Source: an uncultured Eubacteriales bacterium
GTDB taxonomy: Bacteria > Bacillota > Clostridia > Christensenellales > CAG-138
Direction of reading: 5' to 3'
Assembly (NCBI GenBank): GCA_902801845.1
Contig: CADCJW010000010.1
Span: 19 to 64,018, forward strand
DNA: 64,000 nt
The position numbers were made by a program, and so were the translations under genes. This document shows positions 55,062-64,000 of the stretch, in pieces. Under the pieces are notes generated by a model. That model made no database searches and was not told the DNA's origin. It was given only the letters and a program-made list of their open reading frames with translations. Numbering within the stretch: the stretch's first letter is position 1; each line of letters opens with the position of its first letter.

Positions 55062-56471
55062 CTATGGGGCGATGGGATCCCCGTCCCCGTCGATGACCCG
55101 GGCCGCCCGGGTCAGCACGCGGCTGCGGCGGAAGTAGAGATAGATGGCCCCGTCCGTCACCAGCCAGGACAAAGGATAGCACACGCACAGGGTGAGCAGC
55201 ACCGGCGACAGGCGGAAGGCGGTGAGCAGCCACAGGATCCGAAAGCCGCAGATGCCCCCGGCCAGGATCAGGGAGGGGATCAGCACGTCTCCCACCCCCC
55301 GGAGCACCCCGGAGAGGACCTCAATGGGCACCCACAGCACATAGAACGGCACGAAGAGCAGGATGATATACCAGGTGGTGTCGATGACGGCGGGATCGTC
55401 GGTGAGCAGCCGCAGCAGCGGCCGGGCGGCCAGCAGCAGCGCCCCGCTGACGGCCAGGGTGACAAGGGCCATGAAAACCAGGCTCTTTTTGGCGCTCTCC
55501 CGGACCCGGTCCAGCTGGCCCGCCCCGTAGTTTTGGCCCACGAAGGTGGTGAGCGCGGTGCCGAAGGCGCTGGTGACGGCCCAGTAGGCCCCGTCCACCT
55601 TGCCGCTCATGGCCCAGGAGGCCACCACCACCGTGCCCAGGGTGTTGACGCCCACCTGCAGCAGCACGTTGCTCAGGCCGTACATGGAGCTTTGGACCCC
55701 GGAGGGGATGCCGATGCGCAGCATCCGCCTGAGCAGAGCCCCGTCCCCCGGCCCCCTGAGCCGCAGCCGAAAGGGACCCTTCCAGGTCAAAAGCTTTAGG
55801 GTCACCAGCAGGGCGGCCACGGCCTGGCTCACCACGGTGGCCACCGCCACGCCCACGACCCCCCAGGAGAAGAGGATGACGAAGATCACGTCCAGCAAAA
55901 TGTTCAGCCCGCAGCCCACGAACAGGCAGAGGAAGGGGAATTGGGCGTCCCCCACGGAGCGGAGGATGCCGGAGCCCATGTTGAACAGCAGCAGGAACAC
56001 GGCCCCCGAAAAGTAGACCCGCTGATAGACCAAGGCCTGGGGGAAGGTGTCCGCCGGGGTTTTCAGCAGCCGCAGCAGCTGGGGGGAAAGCAGGCACACC
56101 GCCGCCCCCACCAGCAGCCCCATGAGGGCGCACATCCGATAGGAGACGGTCATGGCCCGGGCCACCCGGTCATACTCCTGGGCGCCGTAGAGCTGGGCGA
56201 TGACCACCGCCGCCCCGCCGGTGAGAGCCACGAAGAAGCCGATGATCAGATTGCTCAAAATGGCGGGGCTGCCCCCCACGGCGGCCAAGGCCTCCGTGCC
56301 CACGAACTTGCCCACCACAAAGGCGTCCACGGCGTTATAGAGCTGCTGAAACAACGTCCCCGCGGCGATAGGCAAAAAGAAGGTCACCAGCTTTTGGATG
56401 ATGGGACCTTCTGTCAGCTCTGCCGGGGGCAGATGGGGTATCTTTCGGTTGGGAGAGCGGAGGGAATTCAT
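55062..56471 (-). CDS. MATE family efflux transporter
   Basis: 'FFLPIAAGTLFQQLYNAVDAFVVGKFVGTEALAAVG'; 12-TM protein. Confidence 0.88.
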   Translation of the reverse strand: MNSLRSPNRKIPHLPPAELTEGPIIQKLVTFFLPIAAGTLFQQLYNAVDAFVVGKFVGTEALAAVGGSPAILSNLIIGFFVALTGGAAVVIAQLYGAQEYDRVARAMTVSYRMCALMGLLVGAAVCLLSPQLLRLLKTPADTFPQALVYQRVYFSGAVFLLLFNMGSGILRSVGDAQFPFLCLFVGCGLNILLDVIFVILFSWGVVGVAVATVVSQAVAALLVTLKLLTWKGPFRLRLRGPGDGALLRRMLRIGIPSGVQSSMYGLSNVLLQVGVNTLGTVVVASWAMSGKVDGAYWAVTSAFGTALTTFVGQNYGAGQLDRVRESAKKSLVFMALVTLAVSGALLLAARPLLRLLTDDPAVIDTTWYIILLFVPFYVLWVPIEVLSGVLRGVGDVLIPSLILAGGICGFRILWLLTAFRLSPVLLTLCVCYPLSWLVTDGAIYLYFRRSRVLTRAARVIDGDGDPIAP

Positions 56472-56483
56472 TTTTTTCGCTCC

Positions 56484-58898
56484 TCAGGGCTCGGGGACCA
56501 GGTCGCTGGCGAGGAAGCCCACCATGTCCTGCAGGCCCCGCCAGCCGCCGCCCAAAAAGGCGGATCGGTTGACCGTCTCACCCAGGAAGACCATCATGCT
56601 GGAGCGGCCCCCGTCCAGGTTGTAGGCGATGGTGCAGCCATAATCCAGCAGGTTCTCCACCACCTGTGCCAGAGTACAGGACCCATAGGCGGCGCCGATG
56701 TGGTGGTAGGGGCAGATGGAGGCCATGACGGAGCGCATGGTCACGTCGTTGTAGGCCAGGGGGTGCTTATGGATATCCAGGGCCAGCCCGTCCTCGATGA
56801 GCGTGGGCCCAAACACCCAGGAATCATTCACGCCCTGGGCCAGCAGCTCCTCGGCCGTGGTCGCATAGGGGTCAATGATCCGCATGGACCCGTCGGGGAA
56901 GAAGCCGAAGCCCACCTCGTCCTTCTTCTCTTTGAAAACATGGCCCCGGCGGATCTGCAGGCCGTCGGCGTTGTAGCCGAAGGTGAAATAGTCCCCCGTG
57001 AGCGCGAAGACCGCCTTGTTCTGCTTGGCCAGCTTGGAGGCGCTGACGGAGCGTTGGGGCTCGTTGCCGCCGCCGGACAGGATGCCCACCGGCGGATGGC
57101 CATAGGTGCAGATCAGGTCTGCCCGGGTGGCTTTCATCTTGCCGGTGTCCACGTCGAAGGCTATGATCACGCTGCCCTCGCCGCTGCAATAGAACCAGGG
57201 CCCGTCCTTGGGGTCGCCGATATAGACCATCTCCGTCTCCGAACCAAAGACGGGGGCGGTCCGCTGGGCCTTCTCCTCCGCCGGGAACAGGGACACGCCC
57301 TCCAGGGCGCACTGGTCGTGGTCGTTGGCCCCGGCGGTGACGATGGTACCGTCGCTGAGCAGAGCCACGGTGTGCCAAAGCCCCGCGTCGAAAGCCATGA
57401 CCTCCTGCCAGTCGGATACGTTGCACTGGCCGCAGCTGTTGTCCCCCGTGGCCAGCAGCCGATAATCGGCGGTGAGGCCCACCGTAAAGTTGCCGCCGCA
57501 GCGGATTTCGATCACGTCTCGCCAGCCGGACACGTCGCATTGGCCAAAGCTGTTGTCCCCGGTGGCCACCACCCGGCCGCTCTTCAACAGGGCCACGGTG
57601 TGCCGGAGCCCGGCGTCCACGGCGACCACGTTAGTCCACCCGCTCACCCGGCATTGGCTGTCCAAATTCAACCCTGCCGCAACCACCATGCCCCGGCGGG
57701 TCAGGCCCACGCTGTGGAAGGCCCCGGCCGCCACCTGGACGATGCCGCGCCATTCCTCCGCCGCGTCCCGGCCGTACTGCCGGGCGCCCAGGTGCGTCAC
57801 GGTCCCGTTCCTATGGAGGACGAGGCCGTGGTTCAGGCCCAGGGCGGCGTCCTTGGCGTCGGTGATCTCCTCCACGACCTTGGTGGCCCCCAGGGTGTCC
57901 CCCAGCAGCTCCACCCGACCGTCGGTCAACCGGATCAGGGAAAAGAGGCCGCTCACCACCCGATCCTCCGGGGTGAAAACCTGCTTCAAATCCTCATACC
58001 GCCGATCCCCGGTGAGCTGGGGTTCGTCCCCCAGAACGAGGGAGTACCAGGCCCCGGCCAGGACCTTATCGGCATACTTGGTCCGCAGCTCCTGGATCAT
58101 ATCCTTCCGAGCATCCGTCAAGACCCGCTTCATGGTCCGCCGGATGTTGTTGTTGGATAGCTCCGAAAGGATGTCCATGGCCCGCTGGGGCGCCTTAGCT
58201 TCCATGGCTTCCCAGGCCTGGTCGATCAGCTTCCGATCGTTTTCATCCGTGATCTGGCGCTGGATCTCGTCGATGAGCTCCGGCTGAAGCCCGGATTCCT
58301 TCACCAGGGCCAGAGCCTCCTCCAGCCGGCCCTCCTCCCGGGCCTTCAATGCGGAGAGCAGGATCTCCTGCCGGTTCAATGTGTCTGTCAGCTCGTCAAT
58401 CAAGGCAAGGGCCCTGGGCGAAGTCAGGCCGGACGCCTTCACCAAGGCCAAAGCCTCCTTCAAGTCCCCTTCTTCGTTGGCCAGGACGGCCCGGGCGAAC
58501 AGGGCCCGTTGATCCAGCGCCTCCCTCAAAGAGGCGACGGGCGCGTCGGGATGGGTGGCATGATCGGGCACGGTCTCAAAGACGTTCTGCTCCATCAGAT
58601 AGCGGGGGCCGTCCTCCGTTTCCAAAAGGGCGTCCACGCAGGAGAGGACCCCCTCGGCGCCTGCCTGGGGCAGCTCCTTCCCCAGGGGCGTATAGCGCAG
58701 AGGCGTAATGTCCTCCATAAGCTGGGCGTAGGCCTCCATCGCCTCGCCGTATTGGCCCTCAGCATACAGCTTGTCTCCGGTTTTTTTGGCTGTCTCCCGG
58801 CCTTGCAGCTGGCTGTACAGATACCATCCTGCGGCCAGCAGCGCCGACAGCAAAAGGAGTAAAATTATATATAAAAATCTATGTTTTTTCCGTTCCAT
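56484..58898 (-). CDS. Membrane-anchored protein: helical repeat region + RCC1-like beta-propeller repeats + C-terminal phosphodiester glycosidase (NAGPA/DUF2233) domain
   Basis: I moved the start to ATG 58898, giving MERKKHRFLYIILLLLLSALLAAGWY. The RCC1 repeats read 'ATGDNSFGQCDVSGW...ATGDNSCGQCNVSDW...AGANDHDQCALEG'. The NAGPA-like region reads 'FALTGDYFTF...IAYNLDGGRSSMMVF'. Confidence 0.75.
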   Translation of the reverse strand: MERKKHRFLYIILLLLLSALLAAGWYLYSQLQGRETAKKTGDKLYAEGQYGEAMEAYAQLMEDITPLRYTPLGKELPQAGAEGVLSCVDALLETEDGPRYLMEQNVFETVPDHATHPDAPVASLREALDQRALFARAVLANEEGDLKEALALVKASGLTSPRALALIDELTDTLNRQEILLSALKAREEGRLEEALALVKESGLQPELIDEIQRQITDENDRKLIDQAWEAMEAKAPQRAMDILSELSNNNIRRTMKRVLTDARKDMIQELRTKYADKVLAGAWYSLVLGDEPQLTGDRRYEDLKQVFTPEDRVVSGLFSLIRLTDGRVELLGDTLGATKVVEEITDAKDAALGLNHGLVLHRNGTVTHLGARQYGRDAAEEWRGIVQVAAGAFHSVGLTRRGMVVAAGLNLDSQCRVSGWTNVVAVDAGLRHTVALLKSGRVVATGDNSFGQCDVSGWRDVIEIRCGGNFTVGLTADYRLLATGDNSCGQCNVSDWQEVMAFDAGLWHTVALLSDGTIVTAGANDHDQCALEGVSLFPAEEKAQRTAPVFGSETEMVYIGDPKDGPWFYCSGEGSVIIAFDVDTGKMKATRADLICTYGHPPVGILSGGGNEPQRSVSASKLAKQNKAVFALTGDYFTFGYNADGLQIRRGHVFKEKKDEVGFGFFPDGSMRIIDPYATTAEELLAQGVNDSWVFGPTLIEDGLALDIHKHPLAYNDVTMRSVMASICPYHHIGAAYGSCTLAQVVENLLDYGCTIAYNLDGGRSSMMVFLGETVNRSAFLGGGWRGLQDMVGFLASDLVPEP

Positions 58899-58907
58899 AA
58901 CATGCCC

Positions 58908-58937
58908 ATTGTACAGGGGTCCCCCTAAAATTGTCAA
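58908..58937 (-). promoter_or_regulatory. Promoter of the RCC1-NAGPA / MATE / hydrolase operon (predicts a near-leaderless mRNA)
   Basis: Minus strand: TTGACA, 18-nt spacer, TACAAT. Only 9 nt separate the -10 from the ATG at 58898, and there is no SD. Confidence 0.5.
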
Positions 58938-58944
58938 TATGCTC

Positions 58945-58973
58945 TTGATTCGATAAGGCAAAAAAGGTATACT
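58945..58973 (+). promoter_or_regulatory. Promoter of the PIG-L / NAGPA / LRR operon
   Basis: TTGATT, 17-nt spacer, TATACT. Confidence 0.55.
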
Positions 58974-59003
58974 TAATAACACTGTAAAGTGGAAAGGTGT
59001 ATC

Positions 59004-60287
59004 ATGAGAAGAAAGTGCGCATTCGGTCTTTTTGCTCTGGGCATGGGGCTCTTGCTGGCGTTGCTGGCGCCCGGTCCCGCCCGGGCGGAGGATGGGACGG
59101 CGAAGGAGCTGACCCGCAGCTGCCAATTCTTTAAGAACGGCAACGAGACCCCTGCGCTGTACGCCCATGACCGGCGGCTCGAATCCGTCTGCCCCCTGGC
59201 GGAGGGGGACGTGCTGCGTGTGCAGCCCCGCCGGAAGGGGGAGACCATGAGCACTTTGTATCTTTGTCTGGACCGGCAGGAGGCGGCCTTGACGATGCGC
59301 CAATATGACGCGGAAGGAACGCTCCTAAAGGAATCCCAGCCCACCACCTTGGTCTACCGCCTGGCCGTGCCCCTTGCGGAAGGCTGCGCAAGGGTGGAAC
59401 TCACCGGGGAAGCCGGCCCCGTGGGCATCGCGGATATGAGCGTTTGGAGCGAAGGGGCATTGCCCGACACGTTGGCCCTGCCCCAGCCGCCGGCGGAGCG
59501 GACGGACTTTTTGATCGTCACCACTCATCCCGATGACGAGTGGATCTTTTTGGGGGCCGTCTACCCCATCTACGGGGCGGAGCGGGGCTACACGGGCGCC
59601 TTCGCCTATGTGACCTCCCCCAACATCGGTCGGGTCCACGAGGCCATCAACAGCGTATGGGCCGCGGGCGTGCCCACCCTGCCCTACTTCCTGGGCTTCC
59701 CGGACGTGGACCGGGCGGCGCCCCAACGGCTCAAGGACACCTTTCAGGCGGAGGAGGTCACCTTGGCCCTGGTCCGGCTGTATCGGCGGATCAAGCCCCT
59801 GGTGGTGGTGAGCCAGGACCCGGTCCATGGGGAGTATGGCCACTGGCAGCATATCATCTCCGCCCAGTCCGCCTTAGAGGCGGCGCAGCTGGCCTCCGAT
59901 CCCGCCTTTGATCCGGATTCGGCGGCGGAGTATGGCGTCTGGACCGTGAGAAAGGTCTATCAGCACCTGGCGGAGGAGAACCCCATCACCCTGGACGTGA
60001 CCAGCCCCCTGAGCGCCTACGGGGGGGAGACCGCATTGCAGGTGGCCAAGCGGGCCTTTCAGGAGCACCGCTCCCAGCTGAAGTATGTGTTCCGTCCCTC
60101 CATCGGGAACAACTCCAAGGGGGACATCCGCTATTTCGGCCTGACCTACACCACGGTGGGCCCGGACACGGAGAACGACATGTTCGAGCATCTGGAGAAC
60201 GAGGAGTTGGCAGCGACCATCCTCAGTGCCGCCCCGATGCAGAAATCAACGCCCGAACCGACGCCGACGGAAGCGCCTGTTCGATAA
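59004..60287 (+). CDS. Secreted PIG-L (LmbE-like) family N-acetylglucosaminyl deacetylase
   Basis: Start at ATG 59004, followed by a signal peptide. 'DFLIVTTHPDDEWIFLG' is the PIG-L motif. The protein ends in a PT-rich tail. Confidence 0.75.
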   Translation: MRRKCAFGLFALGMGLLLALLAPGPARAEDGTAKELTRSCQFFKNGNETPALYAHDRRLESVCPLAEGDVLRVQPRRKGETMSTLYLCLDRQEAALTMRQYDAEGTLLKESQPTTLVYRLAVPLAEGCARVELTGEAGPVGIADMSVWSEGALPDTLALPQPPAERTDFLIVTTHPDDEWIFLGAVYPIYGAERGYTGAFAYVTSPNIGRVHEAINSVWAAGVPTLPYFLGFPDVDRAAPQRLKDTFQAEEVTLALVRLYRRIKPLVVVSQDPVHGEYGHWQHIISAQSALEAAQLASDPAFDPDSAAEYGVWTVRKVYQHLAEENPITLDVTSPLSAYGGETALQVAKRAFQEHRSQLKYVFRPSIGNNSKGDIRYFGLTYTTVGPDTENDMFEHLENEELAATILSAAPMQKSTPEPTPTEAPVR

Positions 60288-60300
60288 AGGAACGGACCAT

Positions 60301-62403
60301 ATGGCCAAGCGAACGAGCATTTTCATATTGTTGCTGCTGTTGCTGCTGACCGCCGCCGTCCCCGCCCGGGCGGAGGAGGGGGCGGCTTCGCCATATCTGC
60401 CCTACACCATCACCGTGCCCGCAGGCCGGGAAGCCTTCGCCGGGAACCTGACGGACGACAACGATGCCACCCGCTTCACTCTGACCTCCGGCCAAGCTTT
60501 GTCCGTGTCCTGGACCGGGGCGGCGGCGGGGGTCCTGCTCCAGTGGTACGACGTGAACTATCGGGCCACCATCAACTTTTACGATCCCGAGGGGAAGCAG
60601 CTTTCCAGCACCGTCTATCCCTCCATGGAATACCGCATGTTCCTGCCGGCGGAGGGGGCGAGCCGCATGGAGATCCTCTGCCCCCGGGGCGTGGTGAACA
60701 TGGCCAGCCTCTGTGAAGTCCGGGTCCTGGCGGAGGGCCATGCGCCGGAATATTTGAGCCGGGTGGAGCCGGTGGATCTGATGCTGGTCCTTTCCGGCGT
60801 CAGCGAGGAGGTGGACCTGCTGGGCGGGCTCTTGCCCCTGTACGCGGGAGAGCACGGCATCCGCACGGCGGTGGTCTACGTGGGCCGGGACGACGGCAAC
60901 CAGGTCCAGGAAGCCTTCCGAGCCCTTGCGGCCATGGGGGTGGAGGTGATCCCCCTGTTCCTGCTCCGAGACGATCAGGCCACCTGCAGCATCGATCGGC
61001 TGGCGAGCTTTTGGAAGGAAAACCAGCTGCGGGAATCCCTCGTCTCCCTGTTTCAGCAGTACGCCCCCAAGGTGGTGGTGACCTGCGACCCCGCTGACGG
61101 CATCTCCCGGGTGCGGACCCCCTACACCGGTCGGCTGGTGACCCAGATACTCACCGGGATCCGGGTCAACAAGCTGCCCGTACAAAAGTTTTATCATCTG
61201 TCCCAGGAAGGGGAGACCCAGGTGGATTGGACCCAACCCCTGGCCGTCTACGATGGGCGGACCGCCCGGGAGGTGGCCCAGGCTGGCTACGCCTGCTACG
61301 GGTCCGAGGCCTCCTTCGGCACCGTCATCCCCGAAAGCTGCCGCTTCACCCTGGCCTTTTCCCGGGTGGGGGAGGACGAGGCGAAGGACGATCTCTTCGA
61401 GCACATCCCGACCGAGAGCCTGCTCCGCTATGAAGCGCCCACCCCGAGACCCGCGGCCGCGCCCATGCCCGAGCCCACGGCCGAGCCAACCGCAAGCCCC
61501 ACCTTAGAGGCAGCGGACAAGCCCACGGCGGAACCCGACTCCTCGCCGGACCCCAACGATCAGTATTTCCGGCAGGAGGGAGACCCGGCCGAGGTGGTGA
61601 TCCAGGACTATGAGAACGGCCATTGGGAATATCGCTCGGACATCCTTTCCGTCATCATCGACCGAAAGATCACCCGGGAGAACAACAAGCCCTACTGCAA
61701 ATATATCGCCCATATCCGCATGCGGAAGGTGAACAGCTACCGGTCCATGGTCTCCTCCCACTACGAGGTGGCCTCGGCCTCCGAGCCCCCCTGGCGGCTG
61801 GCGCGAAACTTCCGGGCGGTGCTGGCCATCACCGGCGACAACATCAACAACGCGGATGTGGATTTCAAGGGCGTGCTGATCCGCCGGGGCATCCTCTATT
61901 CGGACCGGGCCGGGGACGACACCCTGGTGATCCGGAACGATCTGTCCATGGACATCGTCCACCGGGGCCAGGTGCCCGGGGTGGACCTGCTGGACAGCGG
62001 CGTGCTCACCACCTACAGTTTCGGGCCCACCCTGGTGGAGAATCACCAGATCAGCCCGGACATCGGCCGCCATCGGGTGATCAAGGAGAACCCCCGCTGC
62101 GGCGTGGGCATGGTGGAGCCGGGCCATTTCGTGGCCATCGTCACGGACGGACGGGACGAAAAGCGAGCCTTCGGCTATACGATGGAACAATTCGCCCAGG
62201 TGTTCATGGACGAGGGCGTGGAGTTCGCCTACAATCTGGACGGCGGCTCCTCCTCAGCCATGGTGTTCATGGGCGAGCATGTGAACTGGCATTCCAGCGA
62301 TCCCCAGCGGACCTGGGCGGACGCCCTGGCCTGGGGCTACTCCCTGTTGGTCCCCACGCCAACGGACCCGGTACTGCATACAGGAGGCGGTGATTTCTAT
62401 TGA
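60301..62403 (+). CDS. Secreted two-domain protein: degenerate PIG-L-like N-terminal region + phosphodiester glycosidase (NAGPA/DUF2233) C-terminal domain
   Basis: Start at ATG 60301 with signal peptide MAKRTSIFILLLLLLLTAAVPARA. 'DLMLVLSGVSEEVDLLGG' occupies the position of HPDDE. The NAGPA-like region reads 'AITGDNINNADVDFKG...FAYNLDGGSSSAMVF'. Confidence 0.7.
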   Translation: MAKRTSIFILLLLLLLTAAVPARAEEGAASPYLPYTITVPAGREAFAGNLTDDNDATRFTLTSGQALSVSWTGAAAGVLLQWYDVNYRATINFYDPEGKQLSSTVYPSMEYRMFLPAEGASRMEILCPRGVVNMASLCEVRVLAEGHAPEYLSRVEPVDLMLVLSGVSEEVDLLGGLLPLYAGEHGIRTAVVYVGRDDGNQVQEAFRALAAMGVEVIPLFLLRDDQATCSIDRLASFWKENQLRESLVSLFQQYAPKVVVTCDPADGISRVRTPYTGRLVTQILTGIRVNKLPVQKFYHLSQEGETQVDWTQPLAVYDGRTAREVAQAGYACYGSEASFGTVIPESCRFTLAFSRVGEDEAKDDLFEHIPTESLLRYEAPTPRPAAAPMPEPTAEPTASPTLEAADKPTAEPDSSPDPNDQYFRQEGDPAEVVIQDYENGHWEYRSDILSVIIDRKITRENNKPYCKYIAHIRMRKVNSYRSMVSSHYEVASASEPPWRLARNFRAVLAITGDNINNADVDFKGVLIRRGILYSDRAGDDTLVIRNDLSMDIVHRGQVPGVDLLDSGVLTTYSFGPTLVENHQISPDIGRHRVIKENPRCGVGMVEPGHFVAIVTDGRDEKRAFGYTMEQFAQVFMDEGVEFAYNLDGGSSSAMVFMGEHVNWHSSDPQRTWADALAWGYSLLVPTPTDPVLHTGGGDFY

Positions 62404-64000
62404 AAAACAAAGGTACGATCCTATTAGCGGTGAGCCTGTGTCTGCTGCTGTCGGTGGCTTGTGCCCAAGGCCGGCCGGCGGAGGCGACTTTGTCTACGGA
62501 GGCCCCCGCTCCAGTGGAAACGGCGGCGCCCGCGCAGACGGCTGTGCCGGAAGAGACCGCGGAGGTCCAGCCCAGCGTGTCCGTGGCCTATATCTCCCCG
62601 GATCCCACGCCGGAACCGACCCCGGAGCCCACTTTGGAACCTACTCCGGAACCCACCGTGGAGCCCACGCCGGAGCCCACAGCGGAACCCACCGCAGAGC
62701 CTACATCGGAGCCCACGCTGGAACCGACTTCAGAAGCCACCTTGGCGCCCACGCCGGAACCGACGTTGGAACCCACCGCGGAGCCCACGCCCGAACCAAC
62801 ACCCGAGCCCACGCCTGAGCCCACGCCCGAACCCACACCCGAGCCCACGCCCATGGTGGAATACGCCTTCACAGGCGGGGCCGACAGCTGGGCGGAGCTG
62901 ATGGGGCTGCTGGAAGCGAACCCCTCCCTGCGCCGGCTGGATCTGCAGGAAAGCGGGCTGGATATCCGGGCCCACGCGGCAGAGTTGGTCGCCCTGGAAC
63001 TGGACCAACTGCGGTTCAGGGCGGAGCTTTGCGGCACGGAGGTGACCGACGGGACGAAGGTCTTCACGCCCCTGACCGTTCCGGATAAAGAGGATCTGGC
63101 GGTGCTGAAGCTGGTGAAGGGGCTGCTTTGCGTGGATTTGACCGGCGCGACCTTCGATCCGGAGCAAATCATGGCCATCCAGGACGCTCTTCCGGATAAG
63201 AAGGTGCATTGGAAGCTGGATCTGTGCGGCGTGCAGGTGGGCCCCGACACCAGGGCCTTGAACTTCAACGACCGGCCCATCGACTCCCTGGCGCCCTTCT
63301 ACCGGGTGCTGCCCCTGCTCAAGAAGCTCACCTCCCTGGAGATGTGCGGCTGCGGCATAGGGAACGAGGACATGGACGCCCTGAGGACCGCCTTCCCCCA
63401 GGCGGGGATCGTTTGGTCCATCGAGACCCCCCATTGGACCGTGCGCACCGACATGGATCACTTCGCCACCTGGCGCATCGCTCGGACGGACGAGGCGGGG
63501 AAGATCCTGGAGGCCTACAACATCTCCAACACCGACGAGGAGCTGAGCTGGCTTCAGTATTGTCACGATCTGATCGCTCTGGACGTGGGCCACAACAGGC
63601 TGACCAACTGCGAGTTCGTGCGGAACATGCCCAAGCTTCAGTTCCTCATCGTGGCGGACAACAAAATCACGGACCTGTCCCCCATCGGCACCCTGTCGGA
63701 GCTTCGGTATCTGGAGATCTTCACCAACCCCATCACGGACCTTAGCCCCCTGTCGAGCCTTTCCAACCTGCTGGACCTCAACATGTGCGGCTGCTACATT
63801 TCGGACCTGTCGCCCCTCTATGGGCTCAAGAAGCTGGAACGGGTGTGGATGACGCCCTTCAATCTGACGGACACGCGGGCCACGGCGGCGGAATTTAAGG
63901 AAGCGCTGCCGAATTGCCAGCTCCAGTACATCTCGGACAAGGACTTCACCGGCATGGGTTGGCGCTACCACGAGCGCTATCGTGAGCTGCGCCTGGCTTT
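62400..64000 (+). CDS. Leucine-rich-repeat lipoprotein with a long (E/T)PTPEPT linker (3' partial; open to the window end)
   Basis: It is not in the ORF track because it runs off the window. The TTG start at 62400 overlaps the upstream stop, giving (M)KNKGTILLAVSLCLLLSVAC with a lipobox. The LRRs read 'LIALDVGHNRLTNCEFVRNMPKLQFLIVADNKITDLSPIGTLSELRYLEIFTNPITDLSPLSSLSNLLDLNM'. Confidence 0.7.
   Translation, partial: MKNKGTILLAVSLCLLLSVACAQGRPAEATLSTEAPAPVETAAPAQTAVPEETAEVQPSVSVAYISPDPTPEPTPEPTLEPTPEPTVEPTPEPTAEPTAEPTSEPTLEPTSEATLAPTPEPTLEPTAEPTPEPTPEPTPEPTPEPTPEPTPMVEYAFTGGADSWAELMGLLEANPSLRRLDLQESGLDIRAHAAELVALELDQLRFRAELCGTEVTDGTKVFTPLTVPDKEDLAVLKLVKGLLCVDLTGATFDPEQIMAIQDALPDKKVHWKLDLCGVQVGPDTRALNFNDRPIDSLAPFYRVLPLLKKLTSLEMCGCGIGNEDMDALRTAFPQAGIVWSIETPHWTVRTDMDHFATWRIARTDEAGKILEAYNISNTDEELSWLQYCHDLIALDVGHNRLTNCEFVRNMPKLQFLIVADNKITDLSPIGTLSELRYLEIFTNPITDLSPLSSLSNLLDLNMCGCYISDLSPLYGLKKLERVWMTPFNLTDTRATAAEFKEALPNCQLQYISDKDFTGMGWRYHERYRELRLA
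62601..62852. repeat. Degenerate tandem coding repeat encoding (PEPT[LVA]E)n
   Basis: About 14 units of GAGCCCACGCC(G/C)GAACC-type sequence. This explains the three overlapping artefactual ORFs in the other frames. Confidence 0.8.

Noticed and set aside
56484-59303. The long N-terminal extension of the RCC1-NAGPA ORF (start at 59303). Similar upstream starts are listed for 60226, 33698, 35638, 36913, 41239 and 52184, among others.
   Set aside because: The extensions are Arg/Gly/Pro-rich. They overlap the neighbouring gene or the promoter and lack an SD. Internal ATGs with an SD and a signal peptide or conserved N-terminus were chosen instead.
62390-63280. ORFs 62390-62818 (+), 62461-62901 (+) and 62588-63280 (-).
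   Set aside because: They are alternative-frame or antisense readings of the (PEPT)n coding repeat of the LRR lipoprotein gene. They contain only repetitive low-complexity sequence.
1-64000. A prophage, ICE, transposon or defence island somewhere in the window.
   Set aside because: I could recognise no integrase, transposase, recombinase, phage structural gene, restriction-modification system, toxin-antitoxin pair, reverse transcriptase, or nuclease/ATPase defence-type gene. The only hint of past mobility is the tRNA-like remnant region at 1.7-2.8 kb.

Overview
This is a densely packed, high-GC chromosomal segment that looks like a Clostridia-type Firmicute. The evidence is a sporulation gene (ytxC), T-box and TPP riboswitches, lipobox lipoproteins, and BioY/ThiT ECF S-components. 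An Oscillospiraceae-like origin is only a guess from composition.

I support about 55 protein-coding genes, mostly housekeeping and envelope functions:
- pssA-psd, birA/bioY, tyrS, mutY, thiT and mtaD.
- A type IIA topoisomerase B/A pair, tldD/pmbA, and a TAXI-TRAP transporter.
- A MacAB-like ABC exporter with two adaptors, and two MATE pumps (one frameshifted).
- A frameshifted HtrA, an extracytoplasmic peptidase/permease operon, and a divergent cluster of phosphodiester-glycosidase, PIG-L, RCC1 and LRR surface proteins.

Many long ORFs in the supplied track are antisense shadow ORFs of these genes, as expected in high-GC DNA, and I rejected them. I see no intact tRNA or rRNA, no CRISPR array, no transposase or integrase, and no recognisable defence genes. 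I cannot point to a clear multi-gene novel system.

The signals not explained by ordinary annotation are:
1. A multi-copy family of nested polypyrimidine/polypurine palindromic hairpins sits next to stop codons between 27 and 54 kb. The stem-base 5-mers covary. The family is REP-like and lacks the U-tract of a canonical terminator.
2. A 26-codon leader ORF with four consecutive Tyr codons sits upstream of a sodium:solute symporter. It has 1:2 / 2:3 / 3:4 alternative pairings and a terminator, which suggests a Tyr-sensing ribosome-mediated attenuator.
3. A 1.2-kb non-coding, partly AT-rich region (1650-2868) holds two orphan tRNA 3'-end-like modules, each with its own terminator. It also holds two tandem structured units that share a 13-17 nt core with one of those modules.

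All calls come from reading the sequence and translations. No database search was run.
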